This document shows positions 29,995-39,760 of a stretch of DNA of 64,000 nucleotides, in pieces. A program made the position numbers and the translations under genes. Position 1 is the first letter of the stretch. Every line of letters begins with the position of its first letter. Below the pieces are notes generated by a model. That model saw only the letters and a program-made list of their open reading frames with translations, was not told where the DNA came from and did not search any database. Origin of the DNA: an uncultured archaeon (GTDB taxonomy: Archaea; Halobacteriota; Archaeoglobi; Archaeoglobales; Archaeoglobaceae); NCBI GenBank assembly GCA_964655455.1, contig CAZZMN010000006.1, positions 36,951 to 100,950 on the forward strand. The letters run 5' to 3'.

Positions 29995-30786
29995 TCATTT
30001 CAAAATTTCTAATGCTTCCTTCCATCCAGCGTTTTCGTGGACGATCATTGAGATTGCTTTTGTCATCAGACGTGGATTCTCGGCTTGAAAGATATTCCTC
30101 CCGATCGCAACACCAGCAGCTCCTGCCTCCATAGCCATCTCTACCATTTTCAGTATCTCTTCGTTAGAATTCATTTTCTCTCCACCAGCAACAACAACGG
30201 GAACAGGACACCCTTCTACAACCCTTCTAAAGCTCTCGACACTTCCCGTGAAGTTCGTTTTCACGATATCTGCTCCTAATTCAGCTCCCACCCTCGCCGC
30301 CAGAGCAACAGCCTTTTCATCAAACTGGTTTATTCCTTTGCCTCTTGGGTACATCATTGCAAGCAGGGGCATTCCCCACTCTCTGCAGCTCCTGCTGATC
30401 TCTCCTAACCTTTTTAATTGCGCTGTCTCTGTATTGCTTCCGATATTGACGTGTATGCTGACTGCGTCAGCTCCCAGCTTTAGTGCTTCTTCAACGCTTG
30501 CTACAAGAACTTTTTCGTTCGGATCCGGTCCTAAGGATGTAGAAGCACTCAGATGGAGGATTAATCCAATATCTCTTCCGTATCCCCTGTGACCGAATTC
30601 AACCATACCTTTATGCAGAACGACAGCATTTGCACCCCCTTCTGCAACCTCATTTATTGTTTTTGACAGATTGATTATTCCCTTTATGGGTCCCATGCTC
30701 ACTCCGTGATCCATTGGCACAATTACGGTCTTGCCAGTATCTCTGTTTATTATTCTCTCTAATCTTATACGTTTGCCGATCTCCAT
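29995..30786 (-). CDS. DhnA-type class I aldolase family, most like ADH synthase (AroA', archaeal shikimate entry)
   Basis: [46 protein letters not shown] and [10 protein letters not shown] (Schiff-base Lys context) closely track MJ0400-type proteins from memory. AAGGTGGT lies upstream of the ATG at 30786. Confidence 0.65.
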   Translation of the reverse strand: MEIGKRIRLERIINRDTGKTVIVPMDHGVSMGPIKGIINLSKTINEVAEGGANAVVLHKGMVEFGHRGYGRDIGLILHLSASTSLGPDPNEKVLVASVEEALKLGADAVSIHVNIGSNTETAQLKRLGEISRSCREWGMPLLAMMYPRGKGINQFDEKAVALAARVGAELGADIVKTNFTGSVESFRRVVEGCPVPVVVAGGEKMNSNEEILKMVEMAMEAGAAGVAIGRNIFQAENPRLMTKAISMIVHENAGWKEALEILK

Positions 30787-30880
30787 ACTATACCACCTTG
30801 TCACTTTGATACTTTGAGACAAAGTAGCACAATGAATATTTAAATTTTTTGATTTTATCGCAACGGACAGTTCAGAAACG

Positions 30881-31096
30881 TTAATCTCTATTAAGTCGTC
30901 TTCTTAGCAAGTATACGACTTCTCTCCAAACAATATAATCGTCAATGAGCTTGTCAAAATATTCATGCTCCTGAAAACCGTGCTTAATAAGCAGTTCCAA
31001 AACTCTTTCAAATTCTTCGAAACCCATTTCGTATTTTTTCCTGAATTTTTTATCTATCTCCTTTAGCACATCCGTGTTATAAATATTTTTAACCAT
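30881..31096 (-). CDS. small hypothetical protein
   Basis: 71-aa ORF with no recognised motif. It is co-oriented with the next small ORF. Confidence 0.3.
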   Translation of the reverse strand: MVKNIYNTDVLKEIDKKFRKKYEMGFEEFERVLELLIKHGFQEHEYFDKLIDDYIVWREVVYLLRRRLNRD

Positions 31097-31141
31097 ATTT
31101 ATCTCCTCACATCATATTTCATAAATTTTTTGATTTTAATC

Positions 31142-31435
31142 TTAAATGTGATGCCTGTAAATGTATTCCTTTATTGCTTCCTTTATGATTACATCAATTC
31201 TAAGACGATTTTTTTCTCCAAATTTCCTGAGCCTAACCCATAGATCATCAGGAATATCTATCTGAATGACTTCCTTATCGATGACCGAGCATAGTCTTGG
31301 AATTATGCGGGTTACGTCATCCTTAACTACTTTTGGATCTGAGTTGAGATACCACTCTATCGCATTCAGTATTAAATCATCAAGCTCTTCGATCCTCCTT
31401 GCGAGAGACTTTTCGACCTCAATTACGTATTGCAC
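31142..31435 (-). CDS. small hypothetical protein with a C-terminal ribbon-helix-helix-like segment
   Basis: 97 aa. IQIDIPDDLWVRLRKFGEKNRLRIDVIIKEAIKEYI has a strand-helix-helix pattern like CopG/RHH. This is a weak by-eye call. Confidence 0.3.
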   Translation of the reverse strand: MQYVIEVEKSLARRIEELDDLILNAIEWYLNSDPKVVKDDVTRIIPRLCSVIDKEVIQIDIPDDLWVRLRKFGEKNRLRIDVIIKEAIKEYIYRHHI

Positions 31436-31648
31436 GTTGTTATGTATGTATTAATCATTAAAAATTTTACGATAATTTTTTAGATATGAGTGCCTCAACA
31501 TCCTTTAGTGCCATTATCACGTGCTTCTTACAGACAAAAAATTACAGCTAAATATATCGGAGCCAAGCTTCTCGTTATGTTTACGTAGAATCCCGCTGTT
31601 AGAGCTTCTATTACGAGCGATGTTTTTTGGCTTCTTCCTCACAATTCA

Positions 31649-32467
31649 TTAACTCTCACGATGAATCTTCATTTCGTTTGCAAACCAGATTACTCTCTGA
31701 GGGAACGGAATCTCTATTCCGTTCTTTTCAAGCTCCACCTTTATATTCCAGAGGAGCTTCATTTTCACGTCAAACCACTCTCTTGAGGGTGCCCAAATTC
31801 TCACGACAATGTTTACACTGCTGTCTCCGAGATTGTCCACAAAAACTTGGGGTTCTGGATACTTTAGGGCGAACGGCTCCCTATCTATCAAATCTCTGAT
31901 AATCTCTATCGCTCTGTTTGCGTCGTCAGCATATCTGATTCCTATTACGTATTCAAACCTTCTCGCAACGTTCGCCACGTAATTTGTTATGTTTGAAGTG
32001 AATACCTTCTCATTCGGAATTCGAACGAAGATTCCATCGTAGGTTCTGATAATTGTCGACATTATGTGAATGTCCTCGACAAAGCCCGCAATGTTATCAA
32101 CATTTATCTGATCTCCTATCTTAATTGGCTTCTCCCAGAGTAGGAACAATCCAGAGATAAAATTGGATACAACACTCTGACTTGCGAATCCCAGAACAAT
32201 CCCCGTTATTCCCCCAGCGACGAGGAGGCCGGAAAGGCTTACACCGAAGAGTGGCGTGATCGTAACAAATCCCAAGAAAATAATCAAATAGTAAGAAATC
32301 TTGACAAGAATTTCGAGTTGATCCCTTTTAAGGCGATCAGATAACGCCCTTCGCAAACTTGCCGCTACGATCTTTGCTATCAAAACAGCAGAAGCCATTA
32401 TCACAACTGCAAGGAGTATTTTAAAGAGATCTATTTGCTTGAAGAGCTCATCTGTCATAAGCCCCAC
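31649..32467 (-). CDS. small-conductance mechanosensitive channel (MscS family)
   Basis: Three N-terminal TM helices, then IKIGDQINVDNIAGFVEDIHIMSTIIRTYDGIFVRIPNEKVFTSNITNY. Confidence 0.8.
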   Translation of the reverse strand: MGLMTDELFKQIDLFKILLAVVIMASAVLIAKIVAASLRRALSDRLKRDQLEILVKISYYLIIFLGFVTITPLFGVSLSGLLVAGGITGIVLGFASQSVVSNFISGLFLLWEKPIKIGDQINVDNIAGFVEDIHIMSTIIRTYDGIFVRIPNEKVFTSNITNYVANVARRFEYVIGIRYADDANRAIEIIRDLIDREPFALKYPEPQVFVDNLGDSSVNIVVRIWAPSREWFDVKMKLLWNIKVELEKNGIEIPFPQRVIWFANEMKIHRES

Positions 32468-33156
32468 TCCATAAAAAATCTTCTTGCTACAACTTTTCTA
32501 GGAGAGAAGATCTCAATCGCCTTTTTCATACCTTTCCTTAAGGGTTCTGAAAAAAATTTCGTTTCAGCAACCATCCTCGACTGAATGTCCATTTCGGCTG
32601 TGGAAGATACGATCTCTTCATCGTAGTATATCTTCATTAACTCAATGTTGAAAACAGCCTTGCTGATGTCAATCCATTCTTTTGTCGTGTTGACTATCTT
32701 TAATTTCATTATTCCTTCTCGAAATCTTTCCGCTCTTTGCTCCTGAGTTAGATCGCTCTCCCAGTATCTACATATTAATCCTCTAACGGGATCTCCGTAA
32801 AGGGAATACTTGGGATTGACAAAACTGAATACATCTATCAGGTTCACGTCACCTACTCCTGTGACGAAAACACCTATTTCTACGGGAAATGTCGTGTATA
32901 ACGTTTCGCTATGATTTGGTTCTATTGTTATAGGTTTTCTGAATTTTATCTGCAAATAGCTGGTAATGTTCTTTGGGAGATTCACGGGTTCCACCGGATT
33001 TATGACGATCTTACCTGATCTGGACAAGATCTTTTTTTCTAAGACTTCTTTGTTATGTTCCCTCCTGTAAATAAAATAATGTGGAGTTCGCTCGATGGTA
33101 ATCTTTGAACCATTTATGTTAATTTCAAGTTCACCGAGATCGTAAATACCGAACAC
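32455..33156 (-). CDS. conserved archaeal hypothetical protein (possibly DUF432-like)
   Basis: 233-aa ORF with coding-like composition. It overlaps the mscS start by 13 nt. The family name is recalled only loosely. Confidence 0.4.
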   Translation of the reverse strand: MFGIYDLGELEININGSKITIERTPHYFIYRREHNKEVLEKKILSRSGKIVINPVEPVNLPKNITSYLQIKFRKPITIEPNHSETLYTTFPVEIGVFVTGVGDVNLIDVFSFVNPKYSLYGDPVRGLICRYWESDLTQEQRAERFREGIMKLKIVNTTKEWIDISKAVFNIELMKIYYDEEIVSSTAEMDIQSRMVAETKFFSEPLRKGMKKAIEIFSPRKVVARRFFMEWGL

Positions 33157-33272
33157 ATGTTTTTTTAGTTAGGGGACTATATTTAAGTTTTTAAGTATCG
33201 CAAAGTTTATTGATTAGATTATGAAGAGCAAAAGGATTATATCCCCTGACCTTGACAAAAATACTTGACAAA

Positions 33273-33292
33273 ATATCAAATTAATTTGATAT
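33273..33292. repeat. perfect 20-bp palindrome ATATCAAATTAATTTGATAT directly upstream of the RNR Shine-Dalgarno motif
   Basis: I verified by hand that the sequence equals its reverse complement. It is followed by GGTGGG (33293-33298) and the ATG at 33302. It is preceded by the tandem CTTGACAAAA(A)TA repeats at 33251-33275. Confidence 0.8.
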
Positions 33293-33301
33293 GGTGGGAA
33301 T

Positions 33302-36300
33302 ATGGAGCTGAGCGAAACTGCAAAGGTTGTTTTGGAGAAGAGATATCTGCTTAAAAATGAGAGAGGGGAACCAATCGAGACCCCCGATGAAATGCTCTGG
33401 AGAGTTGCAAACGCCGTAGCACAGGCTGAGGAGAGCTACGGGGGTGACGTAAAGGAATGGACGAAAAAGTTCCACGACATAATGGATAGACAGGAGTTTA
33501 TGCCAAACTCTCCCACACTGATGAACGCTGGAACTCCTCTCGGACAGCTTTCCGCATGCTTCGTCATACCTGTCGATGACTCGATTGATGGAATATTTAA
33601 GGCTCTGTGGGACATGGCGAAGGTTCAGAAGAGCGGTGGCGGTTGTATCGACGGAAATGCGAGGATAATTTACTGGAATGACGAAGAGATACATATAGAG
33701 ACCTTAAAAGAAATGTATGAATCCTATAAATATTTCGGAGAGTTCTACGATCCCGAATATAACCGCTGGGGAATTGATGTTTGCGGAAAAGAGATATACG
33801 TCAGATCATTTGATCTCACTAAGGGAGAAGTAGCTAAAGGAAGGGTAACCCATTTATGGAAATACGAGCTTGATGAAAGTGTTGCGAAGTACGAAATAAC
33901 AACAAATAAGGGAACAAAAATCCTCACGTCACCTTGGCATCCGTTTTTCGTTTTTACAGAGGATATGGAAATCAAAACCAAAAGGGCTGACGAAATAGAA
34001 AGTGGAGACATGATTATCTCTGCAATTCCTCAAAATCTCAGAAGTTTTATAGAAGACTGCTGGATCACTGGATTTATTGCTGGAGACGGTTGCATGGAGT
34101 TTATAAACAAAAAAACAAGATACACATGCAATCGACTTAAAAACTACACGCTTCTTCTTGAGAAGAAATACAGCAAAAAATTCGCCTATCAGGAAGATAG
34201 AAAAATGCTAAACAGAATCGAAAAGGGTATTCCAAAAGAAATCCTGAGAAAAGGAGATAATGCAGTTCTGTCCTTCATAGCGGGAATATTCGATGCAAAG
34301 GGTCATGTCAGCTCAAAACCGGGGATCGAAATATGTGTGAAAAATAAAGCTCTGATAGAGGATATCGTGTACTACCTTAATTCGCTTGGAATTAAGGCAA
34401 GAATCAGAAAAAAGAAGAAAAAAGATGGCGTCGATTATGTAATAAACATTGAAGAATACACAGCATTGTTGATATTCTACTCGCTGATTGGAAAGCATCT
34501 GCGTAATACAGAGAAAAGAAGAAAGCTTGAAGAAATAATCGAACATCGTAAGGGTGGATCGTTCGGACTAGATATAAGCTTTGAAGCATTTAAGAAATGG
34601 GCTGAAAAATTTAACGTTAGATTTAAAACAAACGGTAGTCAAACTCTCGCTGTCTTAGAGAGCGAGGTGTTTTCGTTAGGACAGTGGCATAAAAGGGGAA
34701 AAGTTTCCAAAGCTAAGCTTGTGAAATTCCTGACAAGGCTGTCAAATCATACGGAAAGCGAAGAGATTTTCAAGCTTCTGGGAATTATAATCAGTCTAGA
34801 AGTCGTAAAAAATGTTAAGAAGACGTATGAAAGAAAGACATTTTACGATCTTACAGTTGAGAATTACCAGAATTATCTTGCAGGAGAAAACGGCTTAGTA
34901 TTTGTCCATAATACCGGTTTTAGTTTCTCTCGCTTAAGACCCAAAGGAGATATTGTAAGATCAACGATGGGAGTTGCTTCGGGTCCCGTTTCGTTTATGA
35001 AGATTTTCGATGCGGCAACAGAACAGATAAAGCAGGGTGGCAAAAGAAGAGGAGCAAACATGGGAGTTCTAAACGTCCACCATCCCGATATAGAAGAATT
35101 CATCACAGCAAAGTGGGAAGAAGGTGTGCTGAGAAACTTTAACATCAGTGTTGCCGTCACTGACAAGTTTATGGAGGCTCTATTAAGGGACGACGAATAC
35201 GAACTGATAAATCCGAGAACGGGCAAAGTCGTCAAAAAAGTCAAATCGAGGAAAATTTTCAACCTCATAGTTGAGGGAGCTTGGAGGAACGGGGAACCGG
35301 GATTGATTTTCATCGACGAGATTAACAGGCACAATCCAACACCTCACCTCGGAGAAATAGAGGCAACAAATCCTTGTTTGACCGCCGACACGTGGATAAT
35401 GACTTCAGAAGGGGCAAGACAGGTCAAAGACCTTATAGGAAGAAAATTCACAGCAGTTATCAACGGAAAACGATACGATAGCGATGTAATTGGATTCTTC
35501 TTCACCGGAGTCAGGAAGGTGTTAAAGCTGAAAACAAAAGAGGGTTTCGAAGTCAGGTTAACCGAAGATCACCCGGTGCTAAAAGCTAAGAAAATCATGA
35601 GGCATGCAATTGGAACAGAGTGGTGCAAGGCTGGAGAGCTCAAAAAAGGTGATAAGGTCGTGCTAAACAACCATCGAGGCTTAAGCTGGGGTGGAGATTA
35701 CAGCGAGGAAGAGGGTTATCTTATCGGACTCTTGCTCGGAGATGGAACGATCAGGGAGAGACCCATGCTCTCGTCTTGGGGTAAAAGTGTCGGAGCTAAG
35801 TCTGTTAGAAAGACCGCATACAGTTATGCATTAAAGCTACCGCATCGTAGTGGATGGATCAGGGTTAAAGGTAGAAACGAATACAGGATGTCAATAGCGT
35901 ACTTGAAGAAATTAGCTACAGAACTCGGGCTCAGGATAGGTGAAAAGAAGATTACAGAAAAGATGGAAAAAGCTTCATCAGACTTCTATATCGGTCTTTT
36001 GCGAGGGTTGTTCGACGCAGACGGTACTGTAGTCGGTGACCATAAGAAAGGTGTAAGCGTCAGACTTACTCAGAGCGACTTAGAATTCCTGAAAGCTGTT
36101 CAGAGAATGTTGCTTAGGCTTGGAATCCTTTCGAAGATTTACCACAGACAAAAAGCGGGCAAAAGCTTGTTATCAGATGGAAAGGGAGAAAATGAGCTTG
36201 TGATCTCAAACGACAGCGTTGTCGAGTTCTACGAGAGAATCGGATTCAACGATATCGAAAAGATGGAGAAGCTTAGAAAGGTGATAGAAATCTACAAGAG

Positions 36301-37885
36301 ACATCCGAATAGTGACAGATTCGTTGCAACTGTTGATGAGGTAATCCCGGATGGAATAGAGGACGTTTACGATGTCAGAATCCCCTACATAAACGCATTC
36401 GACGCAAACGGCTTTGTTGTGCACAACTGCGGTGAACAGCCTCTCCTCCCCTACGAATCCTGTAATCTTGGATCAATCAACCTTGCAAGGTTTGTTAATG
36501 AAAAGAAGAAAGATTTCGATTGGGATAGGCTTAGGGAAGTCGTCTGGATAGCAACAAGATTCCTCGACGATGTCATAGATGTCAACGCGTATCCGATACC
36601 GGAGATAGAGGAAATGACTAAAAAGACAAGGAAAATCGGCCTCGGCGTAATGGGGTGGGCAGACGCCCTTTTCAAGCTCGGAATTCCCTATGACAGCGAA
36701 GAAGCACTCAAGCTTGCCGAAAAAGTTATGAAATTCATTCAAGAGGAGAGCCACAAAGCCTCTCAGAATCTCGCAGAGGAAAGGGGAGTCTTTCCAGCAT
36801 GGAAAGGAAGCGTTTGGGAGAAGAAAGGGATAAAGATGAGAAACGCTACAACAACGACGATAGCACCGACTGGCACGATAAGCATCATAGCGGGATGTAG
36901 CAGCGGCATAGAACCAGTCTTCGCCTTAGCATATAAAAGGAAAAACATCCTTGATGGAGAAGAATTTTTCGAGGTAAATAAGGTATTCGAGCAGAAACTG
37001 AAAGAACTTGGACTGTTCACAGACGAAATTCTAAGTAAAGTCGTTGAGGAGGGCTCCATCCAGAGCATCGAGGAGATTCCAAAGGATGTTAGAAGGGTTT
37101 TCAAATGTGCGTTGGATATTGCCCCTGAATGGCATGTCAGAATGCAGGCGGCTTTTCAGAAATGGACAGACAATGCCGTAAGTAAGACGATTAATCTGCC
37201 AAATCACGCAACCAAGGCGGATGTCGAAAAAGCTTTTCTCCTTGCATACGAGCTCAAATGTAAAGGAATAACAGTTTACAGAGACGGAAGTCGTGAGGAA
37301 CAAGTATTAGCGATAAAGAAGACTGAGAGGAAGAAAGAAGAGGAGAAGATCAGACCTCCGGCGAGATATCACAAACCAAGACCTCGCCCGAAGATAACAA
37401 GAGGTGTTACAATAGAAACAAAAACTGGATGCGGATCTCTATACGTCACGATAAACGAAGACGATGAAGGGATCGCCGAGGTCTTCGTTCAGCTCGGAAA
37501 GAGCGGGGGTTGTGCAGCCTCTCAGACCGAAGCTATTGGTCGACTGCTCAGCATCGCTTTAAGGAGCTGGGTAGACCCAGAATCTCTGATAAAACAGCTC
37601 AAGGGTATAAGATGCCCATCTATCGGATTTGATAACGGTGAAATCATTACGAGTTGTGCTGACGGTGTTGCAAAAGCTTTGGAAAAGCATCTAAAGGGAG
37701 AATACAAGAAAATAAAGCTTGACGTGAAAGGTGTCAAGCCGTTGACGGAATTTGTCAAGGAGACAGAGGAAGAGAAAACCAAAACAAAAATGATCGGAGG
37801 CGTCTGTCCGGAGTGCGGGAATGTCCTTGAATACGGAGAGGGGTGCGCGACGTGTAGATTCTGCGGATTCACGAAATGTGGCTAA
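33302..37885 (+). CDS. nrdJ: class II (adenosylcobalamin-type) ribonucleotide reductase, interrupted by two inteins
   Basis: Extein motifs are FMPNSPTLMNAG, QKSGGG|TGFSFSRLRPKGD, ATNP|CGEQPLLPYESCNLGSINL and a C-terminal CPECG...CATCRFCG zinc ribbon. The total is 1527 aa; removing the two inteins leaves 753 aa. Confidence 0.9.
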   Translation: MELSETAKVVLEKRYLLKNERGEPIETPDEMLWRVANAVAQAEESYGGDVKEWTKKFHDIMDRQEFMPNSPTLMNAGTPLGQLSACFVIPVDDSIDGIFKALWDMAKVQKSGGGCIDGNARIIYWNDEEIHIETLKEMYESYKYFGEFYDPEYNRWGIDVCGKEIYVRSFDLTKGEVAKGRVTHLWKYELDESVAKYEITTNKGTKILTSPWHPFFVFTEDMEIKTKRADEIESGDMIISAIPQNLRSFIEDCWITGFIAGDGCMEFINKKTRYTCNRLKNYTLLLEKKYSKKFAYQEDRKMLNRIEKGIPKEILRKGDNAVLSFIAGIFDAKGHVSSKPGIEICVKNKALIEDIVYYLNSLGIKARIRKKKKKDGVDYVINIEEYTALLIFYSLIGKHLRNTEKRRKLEEIIEHRKGGSFGLDISFEAFKKWAEKFNVRFKTNGSQTLAVLESEVFSLGQWHKRGKVSKAKLVKFLTRLSNHTESEEIFKLLGIIISLEVVKNVKKTYERKTFYDLTVENYQNYLAGENGLVFVHNTGFSFSRLRPKGDIVRSTMGVASGPVSFMKIFDAATEQIKQGGKRRGANMGVLNVHHPDIEEFITAKWEEGVLRNFNISVAVTDKFMEALLRDDEYELINPRTGKVVKKVKSRKIFNLIVEGAWRNGEPGLIFIDEINRHNPTPHLGEIEATNPCLTADTWIMTSEGARQVKDLIGRKFTAVINGKRYDSDVIGFFFTGVRKVLKLKTKEGFEVRLTEDHPVLKAKKIMRHAIGTEWCKAGELKKGDKVVLNNHRGLSWGGDYSEEEGYLIGLLLGDGTIRERPMLSSWGKSVGAKSVRKTAYSYALKLPHRSGWIRVKGRNEYRMSIAYLKKLATELGLRIGEKKITEKMEKASSDFYIGLLRGLFDADGTVVGDHKKGVSVRLTQSDLEFLKAVQRMLLRLGILSKIYHRQKAGKSLLSDGKGENELVISNDSVVEFYERIGFNDIEKMEKLRKVIEIYKRHPNSDRFVATVDEVIPDGIEDVYDVRIPYINAFDANGFVVHNCGEQPLLPYESCNLGSINLARFVNEKKKDFDWDRLREVVWIATRFLDDVIDVNAYPIPEIEEMTKKTRKIGLGVMGWADALFKLGIPYDSEEALKLAEKVMKFIQEESHKASQNLAEERGVFPAWKGSVWEKKGIKMRNATTTTIAPTGTISIIAGCSSGIEPVFALAYKRKNILDGEEFFEVNKVFEQKLKELGLFTDEILSKVVEEGSIQSIEEIPKDVRRVFKCALDIAPEWHVRMQAAFQKWTDNAVSKTINLPNHATKADVEKAFLLAYELKCKGITVYRDGSREEQVLAIKKTERKKEEEKIRPPARYHKPRPRPKITRGVTIETKTGCGSLYVTINEDDEGIAEVFVQLGKSGGCAASQTEAIGRLLSIALRSWVDPESLIKQLKGIRCPSIGFDNGEIITSCADGVAKALEKHLKGEYKKIKLDVKGVKPLTEFVKETEEEKTKTKMIGGVCPECGNVLEYGEGCATCRFCGFTKCG
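33644..34912 (+). mobile_element. intein 1 (423 aa) with LAGLIDADG homing endonuclease domain
   Basis: It starts CIDGNARI right after KSGGG and ends VFVHN before the +1 Thr of TGFSFSRLRP. The LAGLIDADG blocks are WITGFIAGDGCM and LSFIAGIFDAKGHV. Confidence 0.85.
35375..36427 (+). mobile_element. intein 2 (351 aa) with LAGLIDADG homing endonuclease domain
   Basis: It starts CLTADTWIM after ATNP and ends FVVHN before the +1 Cys of CGEQPL. The LAGLIDADG blocks are GYLIGLLLGDGTI and IGLLRGLFDADGTV. Confidence 0.85.
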
Positions 37886-39720
37886 TTTTTTAAGACATCA
37901 TTTATAGCTTTTTTCAGTTTTTCAGCTACGATTTTTCCGTCCACTTTTCCTCTGAAATCCTTCATAACGAGTCCCATTAACGGTTTGAATGAATGTTCTC
38001 CCTTTTCGAGGATTAAGTCTCTCTTCTCTTCTATCAGTTTTGCTATATATCCATCGAGATCCTCAGATGGAGACAATCGCTTCACGATTTCCTTTCCGCT
38101 AACTTTCTCCTTGCAAAGGATTTTTAATGCTTCTTCAGCCCCCTCTTTTGCTATTTTCTTTTCCTTCAGTAAATCGAGAACTAATATGAAGTCCTCTTCT
38201 CTTAGATTTTCAACTTCGTATCCATCCTTTTTGAGCTGTGCGGGAATCAGGTGGAGGACTTTCGTGACGATTGTGGGTTCAACATCCTTTGCATACTTTT
38301 CGAAAATTTCTGCGAATTTTGGATCTGCCATTATCATCGCAATATCCTCGGAAAGTCCGTAGTCTCTCACAAATCTTTTTGCCCTGTCCTCTATCAACTC
38401 CGGGATTTCGACATCCTTCATTTTTTCGTCTATCCTTACGGGAGGGACATCTGTCTCCGGGTACATTCTTGCCGCACCCGGAAGCGGTCGGAGATATGAT
38501 GTGGTTCCATCCTCATTAGCCTTTCTTGTTTCCTCGGGAACTCCTACAAGACAGAATTTTGCTCTTTCAATGATTCTTGCCAATGCGTTTCTAACTCTCT
38601 CTCTATCTCCGGCGGCTATGATCACGCAATCCTCGTCGGAAGCTCCGACCCTTTCTTTTAGAGCTGTAACTTCTTCCTCGCTTATTCCGTAGGCAGGAAG
38701 CTCATCCGTATGGAGGATGCCACCAAGACCAAATGTCCTTGCGATGTCAGCGAATTCCGTTCCGAGTCTTCTGTTTGGTTGAATTTCAGCACCAACGAGT
38801 CCAGAAAAGCCGCAGAGCTTTATCGCCATTATGGCTTTTGCTCTCTTCAAGATCTTCGATTTCGTGTTTTTGAAGACATCTTCCACATTGTAGATTTTTT
38901 CATCTACATAGGCTTTTCGTCTCCTGAGCTCGTCCCTAATTTTGAGAAGATTCAACTGCCTTAAGACTTCGTATTCTACTATTTTATCGAGGATGTCCAC
39001 ATCCTGAACACCTTTTATCTCGACCCTCGCTCCACCCCTTATCGAGATGTTTACGTCTTGTCTAATAGTTCCCAAGCCTCTTTTAACTCTGTTAGTGCTT
39101 CTAAGAATCATTCCAAGTTTTTTCGCAACCTTTTTTGCGAGCTCTGGACTATCTATATCGGGTTTTGTCCCAATCTCTACCAGAGGGATGCCAAGCCTAT
39201 CAAGGGAGTAGATGACTTCTCCCGCCATCTCTTCGATCTTCCTTGCAGCTTCCTCTTCGATGCAGAGCGTTGCGATTCCGATACGTTTTCCATCAACGTC
39301 CAAATACCCATCAAAGGCTAAAAGAGCTGTTCTCTGAAATCCGGTAGTGTTGCTTCCGTCAATCACGATCTTCCTCATTACGTGGAGCTCATCAACAATC
39401 TCCATGTTTAGCATCTTTGCTATCATGATTCCAATCTCTAATGCTTCTCTGTTTATCTCAGTCGGAGGCTCTTCATCCGCCTCAACCAAGCACGTAGTAT
39501 CGTAGAATTTATAGATGAATTTCTTACTTCTCTGAACCTCCTCTTTTGCTGCTCTATCCTCTTCGCCCAATTCGCTTTTCTTCAGTCTGAGATATCTGAA
39601 GAATTCAAAATTCGATTCATTCACATCTCTTAGAATAGTGGGACACCTGCAAAATAACTTGTGTTTCGTGTCAAGTTGCTGGTGAATCTCGATACCAACT
39701 TTGAGACCGATATCTTTCAT
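37882..39720 (-). CDS. gatE: Glu-tRNA(Gln) amidotransferase subunit E
   Basis: GLKVGIEIHQQLDTKHKLFCRCP, a GatB-like core and a C-terminal YqeY-like tail. The ATG at 39720 (MKDIGLKVG) is favoured, though the ORF is open to 39786. Confidence 0.85.
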   Translation of the reverse strand: MKDIGLKVGIEIHQQLDTKHKLFCRCPTILRDVNESNFEFFRYLRLKKSELGEEDRAAKEEVQRSKKFIYKFYDTTCLVEADEEPPTEINREALEIGIMIAKMLNMEIVDELHVMRKIVIDGSNTTGFQRTALLAFDGYLDVDGKRIGIATLCIEEEAARKIEEMAGEVIYSLDRLGIPLVEIGTKPDIDSPELAKKVAKKLGMILRSTNRVKRGLGTIRQDVNISIRGGARVEIKGVQDVDILDKIVEYEVLRQLNLLKIRDELRRRKAYVDEKIYNVEDVFKNTKSKILKRAKAIMAIKLCGFSGLVGAEIQPNRRLGTEFADIARTFGLGGILHTDELPAYGISEEEVTALKERVGASDEDCVIIAAGDRERVRNALARIIERAKFCLVGVPEETRKANEDGTTSYLRPLPGAARMYPETDVPPVRIDEKMKDVEIPELIEDRAKRFVRDYGLSEDIAMIMADPKFAEIFEKYAKDVEPTIVTKVLHLIPAQLKKDGYEVENLREEDFILVLDLLKEKKIAKEGAEEALKILCKEKVSGKEIVKRLSPSEDLDGYIAKLIEEKRDLILEKGEHSFKPLMGLVMKDFRGKVDGKIVAEKLKKAINDVLKN

Positions 39721-39760
39721 CGGATTTTGGTGGGCTAAACGATAAATATATTTTTGCCTA

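Noticed and set aside
33273-33292. Considered calling the palindrome upstream of nrdJ an NrdR box.
   Set aside because: The sequence ATATCAAATTAATTTGATAT does not match the bacterial NrdR box consensus as I recall it, and no nrdR gene is in the window. It is kept only as an unassigned operator candidate.
33281-33694. 137-aa minus-strand ORF overlapping the 5' end of the RNR gene. Similar antisense ORFs occur inside strongly supported genes, for example 24772-25206, 34873-35334, 43378-43800, 52173-52508, 52467-52835, 11034-11372 and 14199-14666.
   Set aside because: All lie antisense to, or out of frame with, genes carrying clear family motifs. Their translations are low-complexity (Ser/Leu/Phe-rich) with no recognisable motifs. 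They are typical shadow ORFs.
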